Source: Monocercomonoides exilis PA203
Taxonomy: Eukaryota; Protista; Preaxostyla
Assembly: GCA_001643675.2 (NCBI GenBank)
Contig: LSRY02000017.1
Location: 744,001 to 808,000 of the forward strand
Length of the DNA stretch: 64,000 nucleotides
Reading direction: 5' to 3'
Under the pieces are notes generated by a model, which saw nothing but the letters and a program-made list of their open reading frames with translations, did not search any database and was not told the DNA's origin. Shown piece by piece: positions 51,560 to 64,000 of the stretch; positions within the stretch are counted from its first letter, which is position 1; every line of letters starts with the position of its first letter. Made by a program: the position numbers and the translations under genes.

Positions 51560-51812
51560 GTATAATTCTTTTTGAAAAGTCGAAAACGTTTTTCATGTTG
51601 ATTTAATTTAATCTTCCTAATATGATCATTTTTTGCCATTTACACATCAAACTTAATTATTTTGCTAATTCATAATTTCACACCTATTTGATAAGAGGAA
51701 ATGTCCGTTACATGGATGTCTGATGGATTAATTGCAAAAAATGATCAAATAAGGAAAATATTGTATTAATCGGCAAATAAAACATTTGCCGACTTTTCAA
51801 AAAAATTAACCC
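51560..51812. mobile_element. Degenerate GGG-terminal MITE
   Basis: Imperfect inverted arms (...TTTTTGAAAAGTCG... / ...CGACTTTTCAAAAAAATTAACCC). The left terminus is decayed. Confidence 0.55.
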
Positions 51813-53165
51813 ATGTTTCTCATTTCACAGCTTGTGTTCGATTGAGACAAAGAAGAAGAAGCAATGGCAAACTCTATCTGCAGATCGTATTTCAGAACTT
51901 TCATTCCACAAAAAATATTAACCTTAATGTTGTCTCCCAATCAGTTTTTTGATTTCAATGAAAGGCAACCAAAAAATGATCTGCTCAATTGAAACAACAT
52001 TTCATTTATGTTCATCGTTTTATTCATGTAATTTTCAACGTTCTGCTTTGCCAAGTTACCCACAATCTTTATGCAACGTTCAATTGTTACGCAGGATGCA
52101 ATCTACCTGAACACGAAGATGAAGACACAATTGCAAAGGTCGTTCATAACAATCGCAGCTATTCACCCGGATCAAGGGAAAATATTTTCTTGAAGAGCCC
52201 TATTGGAGTTATGGATGAGAGTGAAACAGATATATCCTTATCGCGACATGTTTCTTCTTAATACAGTTGTGAAAACACCACTAACAGTCAATGGAGTGAG
52301 AAAAGTGTCAAAACATACAATGGATCAAGTGGGAATTTCAAAAATGTGCAGATCGTAAATTGAAAGCTGACTCAATTATTCCTAACTCCTTGAAGGGGGT
52401 TCCGGAGGTGCTAATTGTGCATCGTGCAAGGTTGTTACCAACAGCGCATACACATTCACGATCATATTTCAAATCAAACATATCAGTAGAAATGCAGCAA
52501 ATATTGGCTGTGCCTTTCCCAGTAGCCTTCTCCCCTCAGTCGTCTCTCAACCCTGGGCAAATGTTTTACATTCACAACTGCTTCAGCTTCCAGAACCTAT
52601 AACGTAAGAAACTATGGATCCCTCGTTGTATATCTCACAAACATTTCTTGCAACCCATCCAGTTATCATTTTCAGCTTGCTATCCAGCACAACTGTTCAC
52701 ATGGACAGCTTTCTCCCAAAACCCCCTTCTCGCACAATCACCATAACGTCAAACACTCAAAATGAACTGGCTTCAAATACAATTAACCAACAGATAAAGG
52801 AAAAGATAGGAAAAACAGAGACAAAGGAGACTGTTAGAGAGAAGGAAACAGTTCGAGTGAAGGAAAAAACGTTCATGGGTGAAAAAGTAACAAATCCCAA
52901 TTAACGAAACTCCATGAACAGTAATGTTGAAAATAAATCGGCTGCTTTTGAGAATAAAGAGGCTAACACCATTTAATTTAAAAAGAATAATCAAAAGTGC
53001 AACACCTCTTTCCCACATGTTTAAATTTTCTGGAAAAGTTCCTTTTGTTTAATTTTCAAATAATTAAAGTGCATAAGTACCTTAATTATCAAGAAAGTGT
53101 TTCATCAATTCCTTCTCTTGTTTGAGAGACGCCACAATCAATGGGTCAGTCGCCACATTTGATCA

Positions 53166-54090
53166 ATGATGTCTGCTTCACAATTCTCTCCGATTGTTGG
53201 ACTTATGCCGTCGGCTGATTCTGCAATGCAGAACAGTGGGGCGCAAAGCCAACCAGGGACCTTATCTCAACCGAACATCTTTTCTTCCGCTTCAATTTTT
53301 TCGCCTTCGTCATCGGAAAGTTTGACACAGGATGTGACCCATTCGGATGATAGAGAGGAAAACGAAGATGACTTAGAGATATCTCAACGTATTTGTCAGG
53401 AGTTTGAGGACATTTTTGGAAAGGCGCCAAATTTTTCAATTTTTGATCTAAAGCTTTCCACTATATCCGTCCGAGAGGTTGTTGGGGAGTATTCAACACA
53501 GGATTTTAGCCCATTGTTATCTCAAGAACCACCAGCTTCCAAGAGAACAAAGAACTGGATTAACGATGCGTTAGATCAGGCGGGTTACAAGATGGAGATT
53601 TATCTTTTCCAGGCAATAAAAGCTGCACCCATAGGCTTAGCCGAGATACCGACTTCAAAGGAAGGTGCAAAACAATGACTAGCTGACATCTTGATTTTGA
53701 TTACCAAGGCTCTTCAAGAGGCACGAACGGTTCGAATTCAAGGCAGGTTTGGTTTCAGGGCTGCCACATTAATGAGCACAGACGCTTCAACGGGAATCCT
53801 CACAGAGAGACAGGAACTGATTCTCAGAGAAGCAAGACAAGAAGCAAAGTTTGAGGGAGGTTTCCAAAGACCAGCATTTCCTCTTACACGAGTTCAGCCT
53901 TCTGCAAGAGAACAACCATGAACACTTCAAAGAAGACTTGATTATCCAATTCCTCGTTCTTACGCACAGTCTTTTCGGAGATACCACCGGTCCTCAGCGC
54001 TCGCAGGAAGACAGCAATTCGGAAGAAGGAGGAGCCAGAGCGGTCGGAGCAGGAGACCAAGGGGGCTTCAACAATTTTAGGTCCAGTTCA
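53166..54090 (+). pseudogene. DIRS gag-like ORF1
   Basis: Lies directly after the left ITR and upstream of pol. The same-frame ORFs 53166 and 53691 are split by TGA. Confidence 0.6.
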
Positions 54091-54109
54091 CAAGGAGACA
54101 GAGCAGAGG

Positions 54110-56030
54110 AGGCAAATAGGAGGAAGAACAGCATTGTTTATCTCGGCATGGAAGCGAATCGGAGGAGAGAAATTGATAAGCAGAGGAGTGCAGGCCATGT
54201 GGAAGAGCAAACAAGCCAGAAAATCTCTCAGCCAAGTGCAGTTCAGAGACGGAGCGTTGCTTCTCAACCAATAAAAGATCCAGGAATTCAAGATGATATT
54301 TGAAGAACAAATACAAACAGGAGTCGTTATCCCGATGGAGCAGAAGTATGTGAAATACAGAAACAATGTATTCCTCATTCAAAAGAGGTCAGGCAGCTGG
54401 AGACAAATTCTCGATTGTCGGAAACTGAATGCAGCGGTAAAAAGAACACATTTCAAATGCGATGGAGAGAAAACAGTGGAACGGCTGACAAGAAGGAAGG
54501 ATTACGCTGTATCCCTAGACTTGGAACAAGCTTATTACTAAATCCCAGTCTCAAAAGAACTAATGCCCTATCTTGCTTTCAGATTCATGGGAAGAGACTA
54601 CTCCTTCAAAGGCATGCCTTTCGGCTTTGTAGATGCATCGCGTCTGTACACACATATTATGAGGAAGGTGACAGCGGAGATAAGAAGGAGATGGGATGTC
54701 AGAGTCATTGCCTATTTGGACGACCTACTTTTTCTGCATCAAGATCAGCAAATCTTGAAGAACATAATACAGGAGATAATAGTATTTTTGAAAAGTCTCC
54801 GTCTGCTGATAAACAAGAAGAAGTGCAACCTCATACCGAGTTCGCAGTTCAGTTTCCTGGGATTCGAATGGAACACAACCAGCTTCGATGTGTGTCTAAC
54901 GAAGGAAAGAAGAAAGGCAGAGCGAGAGCTGTGTCACAAGTGTGAAAGAAGGTGCATAAGAGCCAAGACTGTCAGAGTGAAGGATTTCGCATCATTCGTG
55001 GGAAAGCTCAATGCAACGCGCTTCGTTCTTTCAGACGCATCTTTGCACCTCCAATCCATCTACAAATTGTTGCAGAAAGGAATTTTAACAAACGGATGGG
55101 ATGGAATGATGAAGCTGAATGCGTCAATCCTCCTGCAGATAAGAATATGGAGATGGATGTTGATGAAGAACCACAGACGCAGACTAACACCAGTGTTTAT
55201 TCCAGAATCAGTGCTAACAACAAATGCATCAGAATGCTCCTTGAGAGCAATTCTCAGAATAAGCAGGATGCAACCGGATTGTCACAGTTGTTTTCCGTTC
55301 ACCGTGAAAAACCAATCATCCAACTTCAGAGAATTAAAAGCAGTAGAACTTGCTTTAACTCACTTTGCCCCAATCCTATCAGAAAGTCGGATATCACAGT
55401 TACAACTTCGGTCAGACAATTCGGCAGTCGTTTTCAACGTGAACAGATGGAATGCAGGAAGGAATTTTCGCCCGACACTCAAAAGGATATGGACATTGAA
55501 GGAGAAATTGAATATAGTCCTGAAAGCAGTTCATCTCCACGGATTGCAGAACACAAGAGCCGACGTATTGAACACCCTGGAAAGAGCAGGATACCACAGA
55601 ATGATAGAAGATGAACTCTTTCAGATTCTTGCAGCGCTTAAAGTAACTCCAACACCGGACGCCTTTGCAGCTCAACACAACCACAAGGTCGAGCGTTGGT
55701 GCGGAATAGGAAGTCCGTTGGGAGAAGACGGTCTAGAATATCCATGGAAGAACGAGTGCGTTCTGGAACACCTTCCAATTCCTCTGATTCCAATGACGAT
55801 TCGGAAGGCACAGAAGGAGAGAGCACCAGTAGTATTACTCCTGCCGAACTGGAAGGGGCAGAACTGAGATGTGTTATTGGAGAAGACGCATCATCGGACA
55901 TTCGAATGGAGGAGTCTGAGAACAGTGTTGAGAAAGGGGCCATCAATGACAAACACAGGTGCATGTCTCCCTCCAGGCAGATTGAGAGTCATATTGATCA
56001 ATCCACCAGAGAGAAAGGCGAGAGCTGGTG
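54110..56030 (+). pseudogene. DIRS pol: reverse transcriptase, RNase H and methyltransferase-like domain
   Basis: WRQILDCRKLN, SLDLEQAYY*IPV, GMPFG, AYLDD, FLGF; RNase H LTTNAS, RELKAV, SDNSAVV; MT-like DAFAAQHN...DGLEYPW...LLLPNWKGQ. In-frame stops at 54539 and 55865. Confidence 0.9.
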
Positions 56031-57338
56031 GAAAAGGGCGTTGGAAGAGAGATCTTTCCCAGTTTCATTGGCAGAGGAGTGTAAATCGGGAATTGCTCAG
56101 TCGACGTGGGATGGATATTTATTCGGCTTCGCGCATTTTGGAGAACAGTGGGAAAAGAGTGATATGGGCATAATTCCAGAGGATATTCATGAATGGGCCG
56201 CTCGATGTTCGAGTATTTTCATTACACTCAAAGACAATGGAATGAAACTGTCATGTTTGTAACTTATCCGCTCAGCGGTTTCATTCTTCACAAGCTTGGT
56301 TTTCAACACAAATTGGGGGATATTCCTGTAATTAATTTATTGTTCCGGGGGGTTTAGAAGAACGGAGATGACAAGAAAGAAGAAGATTCAAGAGATCTGG
56401 AATCCGAAGACCATTCTGACATACTTTTCTAATCTTGGAGAAAATCAGAGCTTGAGTTTCAAACATCTGACTATGAAAGCCATTGTGCTCACCATGCTAT
56501 TCACTGCGTGCAGGTTTACAGAGTTGGAGAGAGTAGATATAATAAGATCAATATTCGAGCATGAAGGAATATTCCTGGACACAAGGCTCAAAACATCGCT
56601 TAATCGAACAGAGATTGCCGTTCCTTTTTTAAACGAAACCCGATTATTTGCCCAGCTTCGGCCATTCAGGTTTTGTGGGAAGAAATACAAAGAAGAAGAC
56701 CAGATGGTAATAAATCGTTTTAAAATACCGAAACTTTTCATCATCTAACAGTCGAAGGTATCAGACGATTGGCAAAGGAGACATTAAAGGAGGCAGGAAT
56801 CCCAAGCCATTTCACTCCTTATTCAATAAAGGCTGCAACACTTTCAACGCTCACCATGTCTGGAATTCCACCAACTCAGATTGCGAAGTTTGCCCGTCTT
56901 TCCCCTAGAACAGACACTTTGGTGAAGCATTATGTGAAGACCAATCTTGCTTCAACCTTGGGGAAAGTGATTGCCTCAACTATGAACGTTCCCAGTGAAG
57001 AGTTAGCAATCAAACTGTGTGCCGAAGATGGTGGCAAGGCGTGCGTCAGTCCAGAAAGAGACCAGAAGAACAAAAAGGAGAGACGAGCAATGGAATCTGG
57101 GATGGTACTGAGGGACAAGAAGCTCCTGATGAAGTCAGGTTTGAGTGAGGAAGAAGCTAAAGATACTGTTGAATTCCCTTATAGAGTGGATGAGCCTGAT
57201 GAGGAGATGGAGGAATCGAAGTCACTTGGAGAACAATTCATTATTCGAACAAGATCACAAGCAAAAAAAGAGGAAGAGAGCAACAAAGCAAAGAAGACGC
57301 ACACTGTGGTAGTAATGATAAATTCATCATCCAACTAA
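56000..57338 (+). pseudogene. DIRS tyrosine recombinase (frameshifted)
   Basis: STWDGYLFGF N-domain, catalytic Arg in ACRFTEL, PYSIKAAT and LVKHYVK. Confidence 0.8.
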
Positions 57339-58904
57339 TTGATTCTCTCAAACAAGAGAAGGAATTGATGAAACACTTTCTTGATAATTATGGTACTTAT
57401 GCACTTTAATTAAAAAAGAAAGTGGAGAATCAATTCCTTCTCTTTGCCCACCACCGTTTTCACTCCCACCCTTTGAAGTTCTGTTTTCAAAACTGTTCGT
57501 GTTTTTTGTAGTTCCTTCTCTTTGCGCCTTTTGGTTTTATAAGCGCAAAGTGGTTTTTATCCAATTCACCAGAACACACAAATGGGCGACTTACCCATAC
57601 ATTGTGGCGTCTCTCAAACAAGAGAAGGAATTGATGAAACACTTTCTTTTTTAAATAAAAATTTCATATTTCGATCAAATTTCTGTTTTCACTCACAAAA
57701 CCACACGCAAAATAATATAAAAACAATATCAAGATTTTGAAATCATAACAGTGAAATTTGGTATGTGAGAACAGAAATTTGATGAAAATATTAAACTTTT
57801 ATTTTATTTGAAAATTAACATTATGAATTTTTCAAAATAAATTTGACACATTAAAGAAAAGAAATTACACCCACTTTTTCTGAGAAAATATTGTTTTTCA
57901 CAACATCCTATCAGATCCATTCTCTTTAAAAATTCTAAGCATTTTGCTTAACATACACATTAATTTTTTCTTTTATCTTTTGATTTTTTTTCTTATCTCA
58001 TAAAAGTTCATTATTAACAAACATCTATTTTTTAATAGCATCAATACCTCTTTAAATTGAAAACAAAATATTCCAAAAATTGAAATAATCTCTTTCTTTA
58101 ACACTATTATCACTTTTCAAAAACGAAATCTGCGAAATAAATAATTATTTCAAATAATTTAACTGCCTTTATAGTGATTTTTAAAAGTGTTTCAATATAT
58201 TTTCAAAAAATAAACCATATTTGCACAAATCACATACGCAATTACGCAAACATAAAAGTTTTTAACAATAAATAATTCGAACAATTCACTTTAAATTTTC
58301 CGATTTGTTAGTTTTCACGTAGTCTTGAAATTCTAGACATATTGACATTTCGAAAAACATTGTTCAAATGTTTTCAATTATATCAGAATAAAAATTTAAA
58401 TTAACAAAATATAAATTATATTTGATTATTGAAATAATTCCGTTTTTTTCGATTTTGAATTTGATTATTTGTTTGTGAATAAATAATGAATTATTTTTTC
58501 GAATGTTATTATAGATATTAAGTATTATTAAGAAAATTATCATTGAAGTAATTTTTTCATATGTTAAAAAAAGATGTAATATTTTGTGATATGTATTTTT
58601 TAAACATTTCTTTAATATATTTTTTTATAAATAATAAATTTTTATATTTAAAAGTTTTTTGTTTATCTAATCATATTTTCGAAAATTTATTTAATAAGAA
58701 ACAAATAATGAAGAAGTCACTTATTAATAATTTATTGTTTTTAACAAAAAATAATATCATTTTATTGTTATTGAAGTTGTTTTTATATATAACTTTATTT
58801 ATCATTTAAACAGGAATTATTGTGTTAAACAAAAAAGAGATGAAATTGTGAATTTCTTTTTTCTGAAAGACAATATAGAGAACTGAATTTATGAATAAGT
58901 GATA

Positions 58905-59282
58905 CAGTTTGCGCAAAAAATATCGGAAAAGATCGATATCTTATTAACCGCAAGAAGAAAAATTCTGACAATTTTCCTCAAAATATACCCTATCAATACA
59001 AACTCATTTGACATACAAAACTTTCAAAATAGCTTCATTTGTGCTCAAAATAAATAATTTTTGAAATTTTCGGAGAAATAGGATTTTGAGTTTCTCCGAG
59101 ATTTTAATTATTATTTTTTCTGAACTCAAGCGAAGCTGTACTGAAAGTCTTGAATGTCACATGAGTTTGTATTGAAGAGATATATTTTGAAGAAAATAAA
59201 CAGAATTATTCCTCTTGCAGTTATTGTGAAATCGATCTTATCCGGTATTTTGAGCGATGTCCAGCTTTTTTTGCGCAAACTG
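58905..59282. mobile_element. Foldback MITE with CAGT termini (Tc1/mariner-like)
   Basis: Imperfect inverted arms of ~170-190 bp begin CAGTTTGCGCAAAAAA and meet at a ~12-bp spacer. TA precedes the left end and AA follows the right end. Confidence 0.75.
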
Positions 59283-60899
59283 AATGAGTGATTATTTTTG
59301 AATTCATTATTTCCATGTGGGTGATTAACTATGAAATCATAACTTTTTTCGGAGTGATGATTTTTCAAAGGTTTTATTTCTTTTCAAATGAATTTATCAT
59401 ACAAAAGAAAAAAAGACAAACCAGTCTAAACAGGATATTATCATATCGAATATAATCAACATCAGTTTTATTGACAATTTTCGATGCACCGACATTTTTG
59501 GTCTATTTTTCATTCATTTTCCATCGCAAATAATCACAGGGCCGAATATATATATAATCGTATTTTAATTTTTAATGGTGACATTTTTCAATGAAAAATT
59601 AACTTTCTGAACAAAATTTTAAATTTTTGATTTTACATAATTATGTATAAATAAGTCTAAATAATGATTATTAATGATAAAAATTATTGTTACAATAGAA
59701 AAAAGTGTATTTGTGAAGTATTTCCAAAAATAAAAAAAATCTACACAAAATTGAATATATCAAATATTAAATTTTTTATTTTTCTGTATTTTACATTATA
59801 GTGAATTATTACAATTGAATATTGTCTCAAAAAGTTGTGCAAAAACCGATGTGATTTTATCCGATACAGATTGAAGTTAAAAAAAATTATCATTATAAGT
59901 TTGAATATGTTTTAGAAGGAAAAAATAAACTTGGAGATTCTGCTAATAAGGATATTTTTATAGGTGTATGCGAATAATTATTGTTAGTTTATTATTTTAT
60001 TTTTGCGATGCATTTCTAATTGGCAATGCTCTTTGCTTCTTGTTTTCGCATATATTCTTTTTTCAAACCATCTAAAAAACCATGTATTCGTATCTGAATT
60101 TTCAAAGGAAAAAAATTTATGGAGTATGTGGAAGTTTGAAAGTCAACAGGCCATAGAGAAGTTGGTAACTGTTTATCAACTTCAAATATCCATAGTCTTG
60201 TTAAGATTGAATATAGAGTTTTCAATTACCCAAAATATCTTTCAACGATGACTCGATATGTGTCAAGCTCAGGTGTTACAATAGGCTTGGTGATAATTGC
60301 ATCTAGATATGGACGAGCTCCGATATGTCATAATTTTTTTTGAAAAGTGATATCAGATCAAAAATAAAACCCATCGACATTAAATAATTTTTATTCAGTT
60401 TCCATCATAATAATGAAAAAAAAATAATTCACCAAAATGCTTATCAGTTCATTACAAACTTCTTTATGGAAAGAAATATTTTGAAACAAATAATTATATA
60501 TTTAATTTATTGATAAATATTAAAATATCGTTTTTGCAATAAAAAAGAGTTGCATTTACTTAAACAATCAAGCAATTGTTACATTATGAATTTTTCACGG
60601 TATATTTCGATTCTTTTTTAGAATTAACAAATACACTGATAATTATTTGAGTTTTTATTTTATCAGAATTTTTCAATGCTCAGAATAAATATCAAATTTC
60701 ATGGAAGCAAATACAGCTTGTACAAGTTGGAATGAACAAACGGATTGTCAAAAATTGATGGTTTGCTATTTGTTTTTCTTTATGTTTAATTAATTTATAT
60801 TATTTCTTTTTTAGTGTTTCAAATTTGCAGCAGAATTCTGAACGCCTTTTAAGAAAGAACTTTCGATATGAAAATCCACAACAGATTCAAAGAAGATGT

Positions 60900-61270
60900 A
60901 GAAGATTTCTGCTGATGGTTGTGAAATGCCAGAGTGATGCGATATTTGTTTTATCAATTTCAGAGAATCATGGAGACAGCAAGCAATGAAGAGTTGAGTG
61001 CGCCCTATTATTCATTGGATGTTGGAGTTCAACACATCATTCCTTCATCATATTCGCAGCTGTTGATCTCGGAGGAGACAATCATCAATGGAGAAAGCAG
61101 TGCCTTGAATATGATTATTCGCTTGTTGGAATCTCCCTCAGCCGCTTTGGTTTATCTGAACTCAACAATTGCTAGCGATAAAAAAAATCTTATCTCAACT
61201 TCTGAGAATGTTCGGATTGAGAGATTGATATTCAACTGTGGGCAGTCGTTTTCTTGCTCTGAAAGTTCTA
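60900..61270 (+). pseudogene. Fragment of a repeated oxymonad hypothetical/surface protein
   Basis: Coding-like ORF (...GVQHIIPSSYSQLLISEETIINGE...) isolated among AT-rich repeats. Confidence 0.35.
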
Positions 61271-62099
61271 TTATCTTCGAAGAAAATGGTTAACTTTTTC
61301 TTTCGTTTGTTGATTTCTCTTCTTCAAATTCATCATCACCATCATCATTTTCTTCTTTTATTCTTCTTTTCCTCCTTCTCTTTCTCCCTCATCTTCTCCT
61401 TCTCCTTCTCCTTCTCCTTCTCCTTGGAGTTTGCCTTCGCCTTCTTCAACTTCTTCTTATCAAACGTTTTGTTCAGAAATATGCAGAAAGAAGACTGTTG
61501 TATTCTCAATGTTAACTGCATATTTGTTTCTTTCAAAAGTTTTTGAAAGAAAATGAATACAACAAGAAACAGGAGATGAAAGAGGATGAAAAAGGAAAAG
61601 AAGATGATAACTCTGATGAACATGTCATTAGTGAAATCGAAAGGTCGATTGCATATTATGCACACTCGATGAACAGCAGCATATTGTTGATCACCATCTC
61701 TTTCTCGATCGGAACCTGTTTGTGCTGTGCTGAAGAAGAAGAAGAAGAAGGCAAGGTATCACATCCTTCGCCCTCCCTCTGCCACTCCCTCGCCTAGTGG
61801 AACTGCACCACACGCTGCCAGTCCCATAGTGGCAGCCAAAAGCAGATCGTTTCTACCACATTGCTCCTCTCCACCAGCAACCGCTCTGTCCTGAACAGCT
61901 CTGGTGACTCTTCTTTCTTTGTCTCTGTCAACTGGACAACCTCCACTCACCACTTCGGCCACTGCCCCTACCACTGCCCCTGCCACTACCCCCGCAGGCA
62001 TCCCCGAAAGCTTTTGCACCTTATCATCCAGCGCCGACTTGTCGTCTTCACAACTGCGCTGTTTTCAGAATGAGTAAGAAGATGTCCTCGGCAAGCAGC

Positions 62100-64000
62100 A
62101 TCACACGCATCCATCTACAGTAGGTACAGGTTGAAGAAATCTCCGCCCTCATATGCCCACAGCACTGACATTAAATATGGCAGACAGCATCAAAACAACC
62201 AACATGCGTCTCAGAAGATCCGCAGGGACAGCACCGGTGGAGTCTGCGGATAGCACACACAGAAGAGACTCCAACTCCGAGTGCGTGATCCCTTTGCACT
62301 CTACCCCCGATGAAGACGACGACGATGATGATGAAGTCGATGAAACGCCACTGCATATCGCATCATACAACGCCCTCATCGCTTCCTTTCGCTTCGCTGC
62401 CTCGGCCCGGTAGTAGTTCAGCAGAAACCCCAGAAACACTTACGTGTCTGCTTCTTTCTTCTCTGACTGTTTCTTCTCAAACTCTCCCAAAAACGTCTTG
62501 ATTTTCTTCTCCGCTTCCCTTTTAAGCACGATGCTGAAGAACAAGAAGAACGACAGCTTGTCTTCATTGAACTCCTCCCTCCCAAATTCCCCAAACAGCC
62601 ACATCTCAGTAAAGTTCAACAAGAAAAGCATCATCCCAATGGATCATCACCTTCTAGACAACATCGTTCTTCTTCTGATTCTCAATCGCCTCCTTGAACA
62701 GCACCTTCTGCTCTCAGATCGTCTGCTCCTTCACTTTCAACTGCGCCATCAGCTTCTTCGTTTCCTTCTCTATCTTGTTCATCTTCTGCTGCACCGTTGC
62801 ATCAGCTCTTCCACCACCACCCCAGCTGCCTTTCCCACTTCTATTTGCCCCAACGCATTTCTTCTCCAATTTCTCGCTGATCATAGATCTCGTTCCATCA
62901 CTTCCACCACCTCCACCACCACCGCTGTTTGCTTCTCCCAAGGCACTCACCTCACTCTCCACTTTCACAACAACCCCTTTCAAGATCGGGTCTAGCCCAA
63001 GCATCACAGCATTTCCATCATTGATGATCGATGCAATCTTCTCCTAGCACTTTTCACACTGCCCCAACAGCAAAATCAACGACGCCGAAGATGGAACCAC
63101 CACAACTCCTGCAGAGGTCATAAAAGAAGGCGTGGCAAGCACAGCTGACGACCTATCAGTCACCGCATGCCATCCACACTCGCCACTCCTTCTGGCTGAG
63201 CTCATCACTTCTTCTCCTTCTCAATCCCCACACCAATCAACCTCGCCTTCTTTTTCTTCACCTCCAGCTGCTCCAGAGCTCGTTTGCATCTGAGTTGTTC
63301 TTCTCGCTCAGCTCCAGAATCATCCTCTCACGCATCTAATTGATCTTCTCCTTCTCCTGCACCTGCTCCTCTCGCCGGCTCTTCCGGTTCGATGTCTGCT
63401 CGTTGTCTCAGATCTTTTGCAGCAAAATGTTGAACTCCTAATTCCTCTTCTCCATCCTTTGCTTCGCTTTCTCGTGTTGCTCCTTCGGCTCTTGAATCTG
63501 CTGCCTCAGCTCCTCCTTCTACACCTCCAGCTCCGCCAGATGCGCCTCGTTATTCCCGCATGTCTCACTCAGCATCTGCACCGCTTTCCTCGACTGCAGC
63601 GAGTTAATCAACATCAGCTCAATCACCAAAGGCAGCAAAGACGGATAAAACAGATCACGAACGTTGGGAACGCGTTCACAACCTTCGGAGCAAAGACCAA
63701 ATTGCGTACCGACTTCGCCCCCATTGACGCCGTAAGCGAAGGAAGCGTAACCACAAGTGGAAACGAAAGCATTCCCTAAAGCACCATATTATGTACCTGC
63801 AACACACGGTCTATGCAGCACCTCACTCCATGTCAGAGTGGAAATTTTCAGTGTCTTTGGCGCAGGCTGCGATTGAAACAGGAGCACCGATGGAGATATG
63901 TGCTGCGTAGACACCTCAGCTGACTCTATTATTTAAATCCGCGTCTGCCTATCGTTGATGCCCTTCGCTGCTTTCGACGTGTATGACTTTTCCTCCACCG
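62100..64000 (-). pseudogene. Degraded coiled-coil-rich gene
   Basis: A GC-richer stretch with Glu/Lys/Arg-rich minus-strand frames broken by stops. I recognise no domain. Confidence 0.35.

Larger units (their letters stand above)
53061..57654 (+). mobile_element. Full-length DIRS-type tyrosine-recombinase retrotransposon (ITRs plus internal complementary region), mildly decayed
   Basis: Left ITR 53091-53160 is inverted to right ITR 57580-57648. The ICR at 57345-57443 is complementary to both termini. The gene order is gag, RT/RNase H/MT, YR. Confidence 0.92.

Noticed and set aside
1-64000. CRISPR arrays, rRNA/tRNA genes, prokaryotic operons
   Set aside because: I saw no repeat-spacer array or recognisable structural RNA by eye, and the sequence is intron-containing eukaryotic DNA. 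A tRNAscan/Infernal run would be needed to exclude small RNAs.

Overview
This is AT-rich eukaryotic DNA with short GT-AG introns and the standard genetic code. The Ser-rich proteins and recurring gene families suggest the oxymonad Monocercomonoides, which is an inference. The first ~12.4 kb holds three intact-looking host genes: the 3' part of the Brr2/SNRNP200 spliceosomal helicase, a taspase-1-like Ntn hydrolase and a coiled-coil/RING protein. The rest is mostly transposons and decayed genes. The main structure is a nested set that splits an ABCC transporter pseudogene. A 25.3-kb element (15138-40478) contains a 19.8-kb element (17813-37627); both have GGGTGA terminal inverted repeats (TIRs) and ATAT target-site duplications (TSDs). 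At the centre is an 8.2-kb unit bounded by 1.2-kb inverted repeats. It encodes an intact, three-exon, ~1223-aa protein in which a ubiquitin-specific protease (USP/C19) domain is fused into a Sola2-like DDD transposase. A second, decayed USP of similar layout lies at 45-47 kb. Also present are a Merlin/IS1595 transposon, several MITEs (GGGTGA family, hAT-type, Tc1-type), one full-length DIRS retrotransposon and one DIRS relic.
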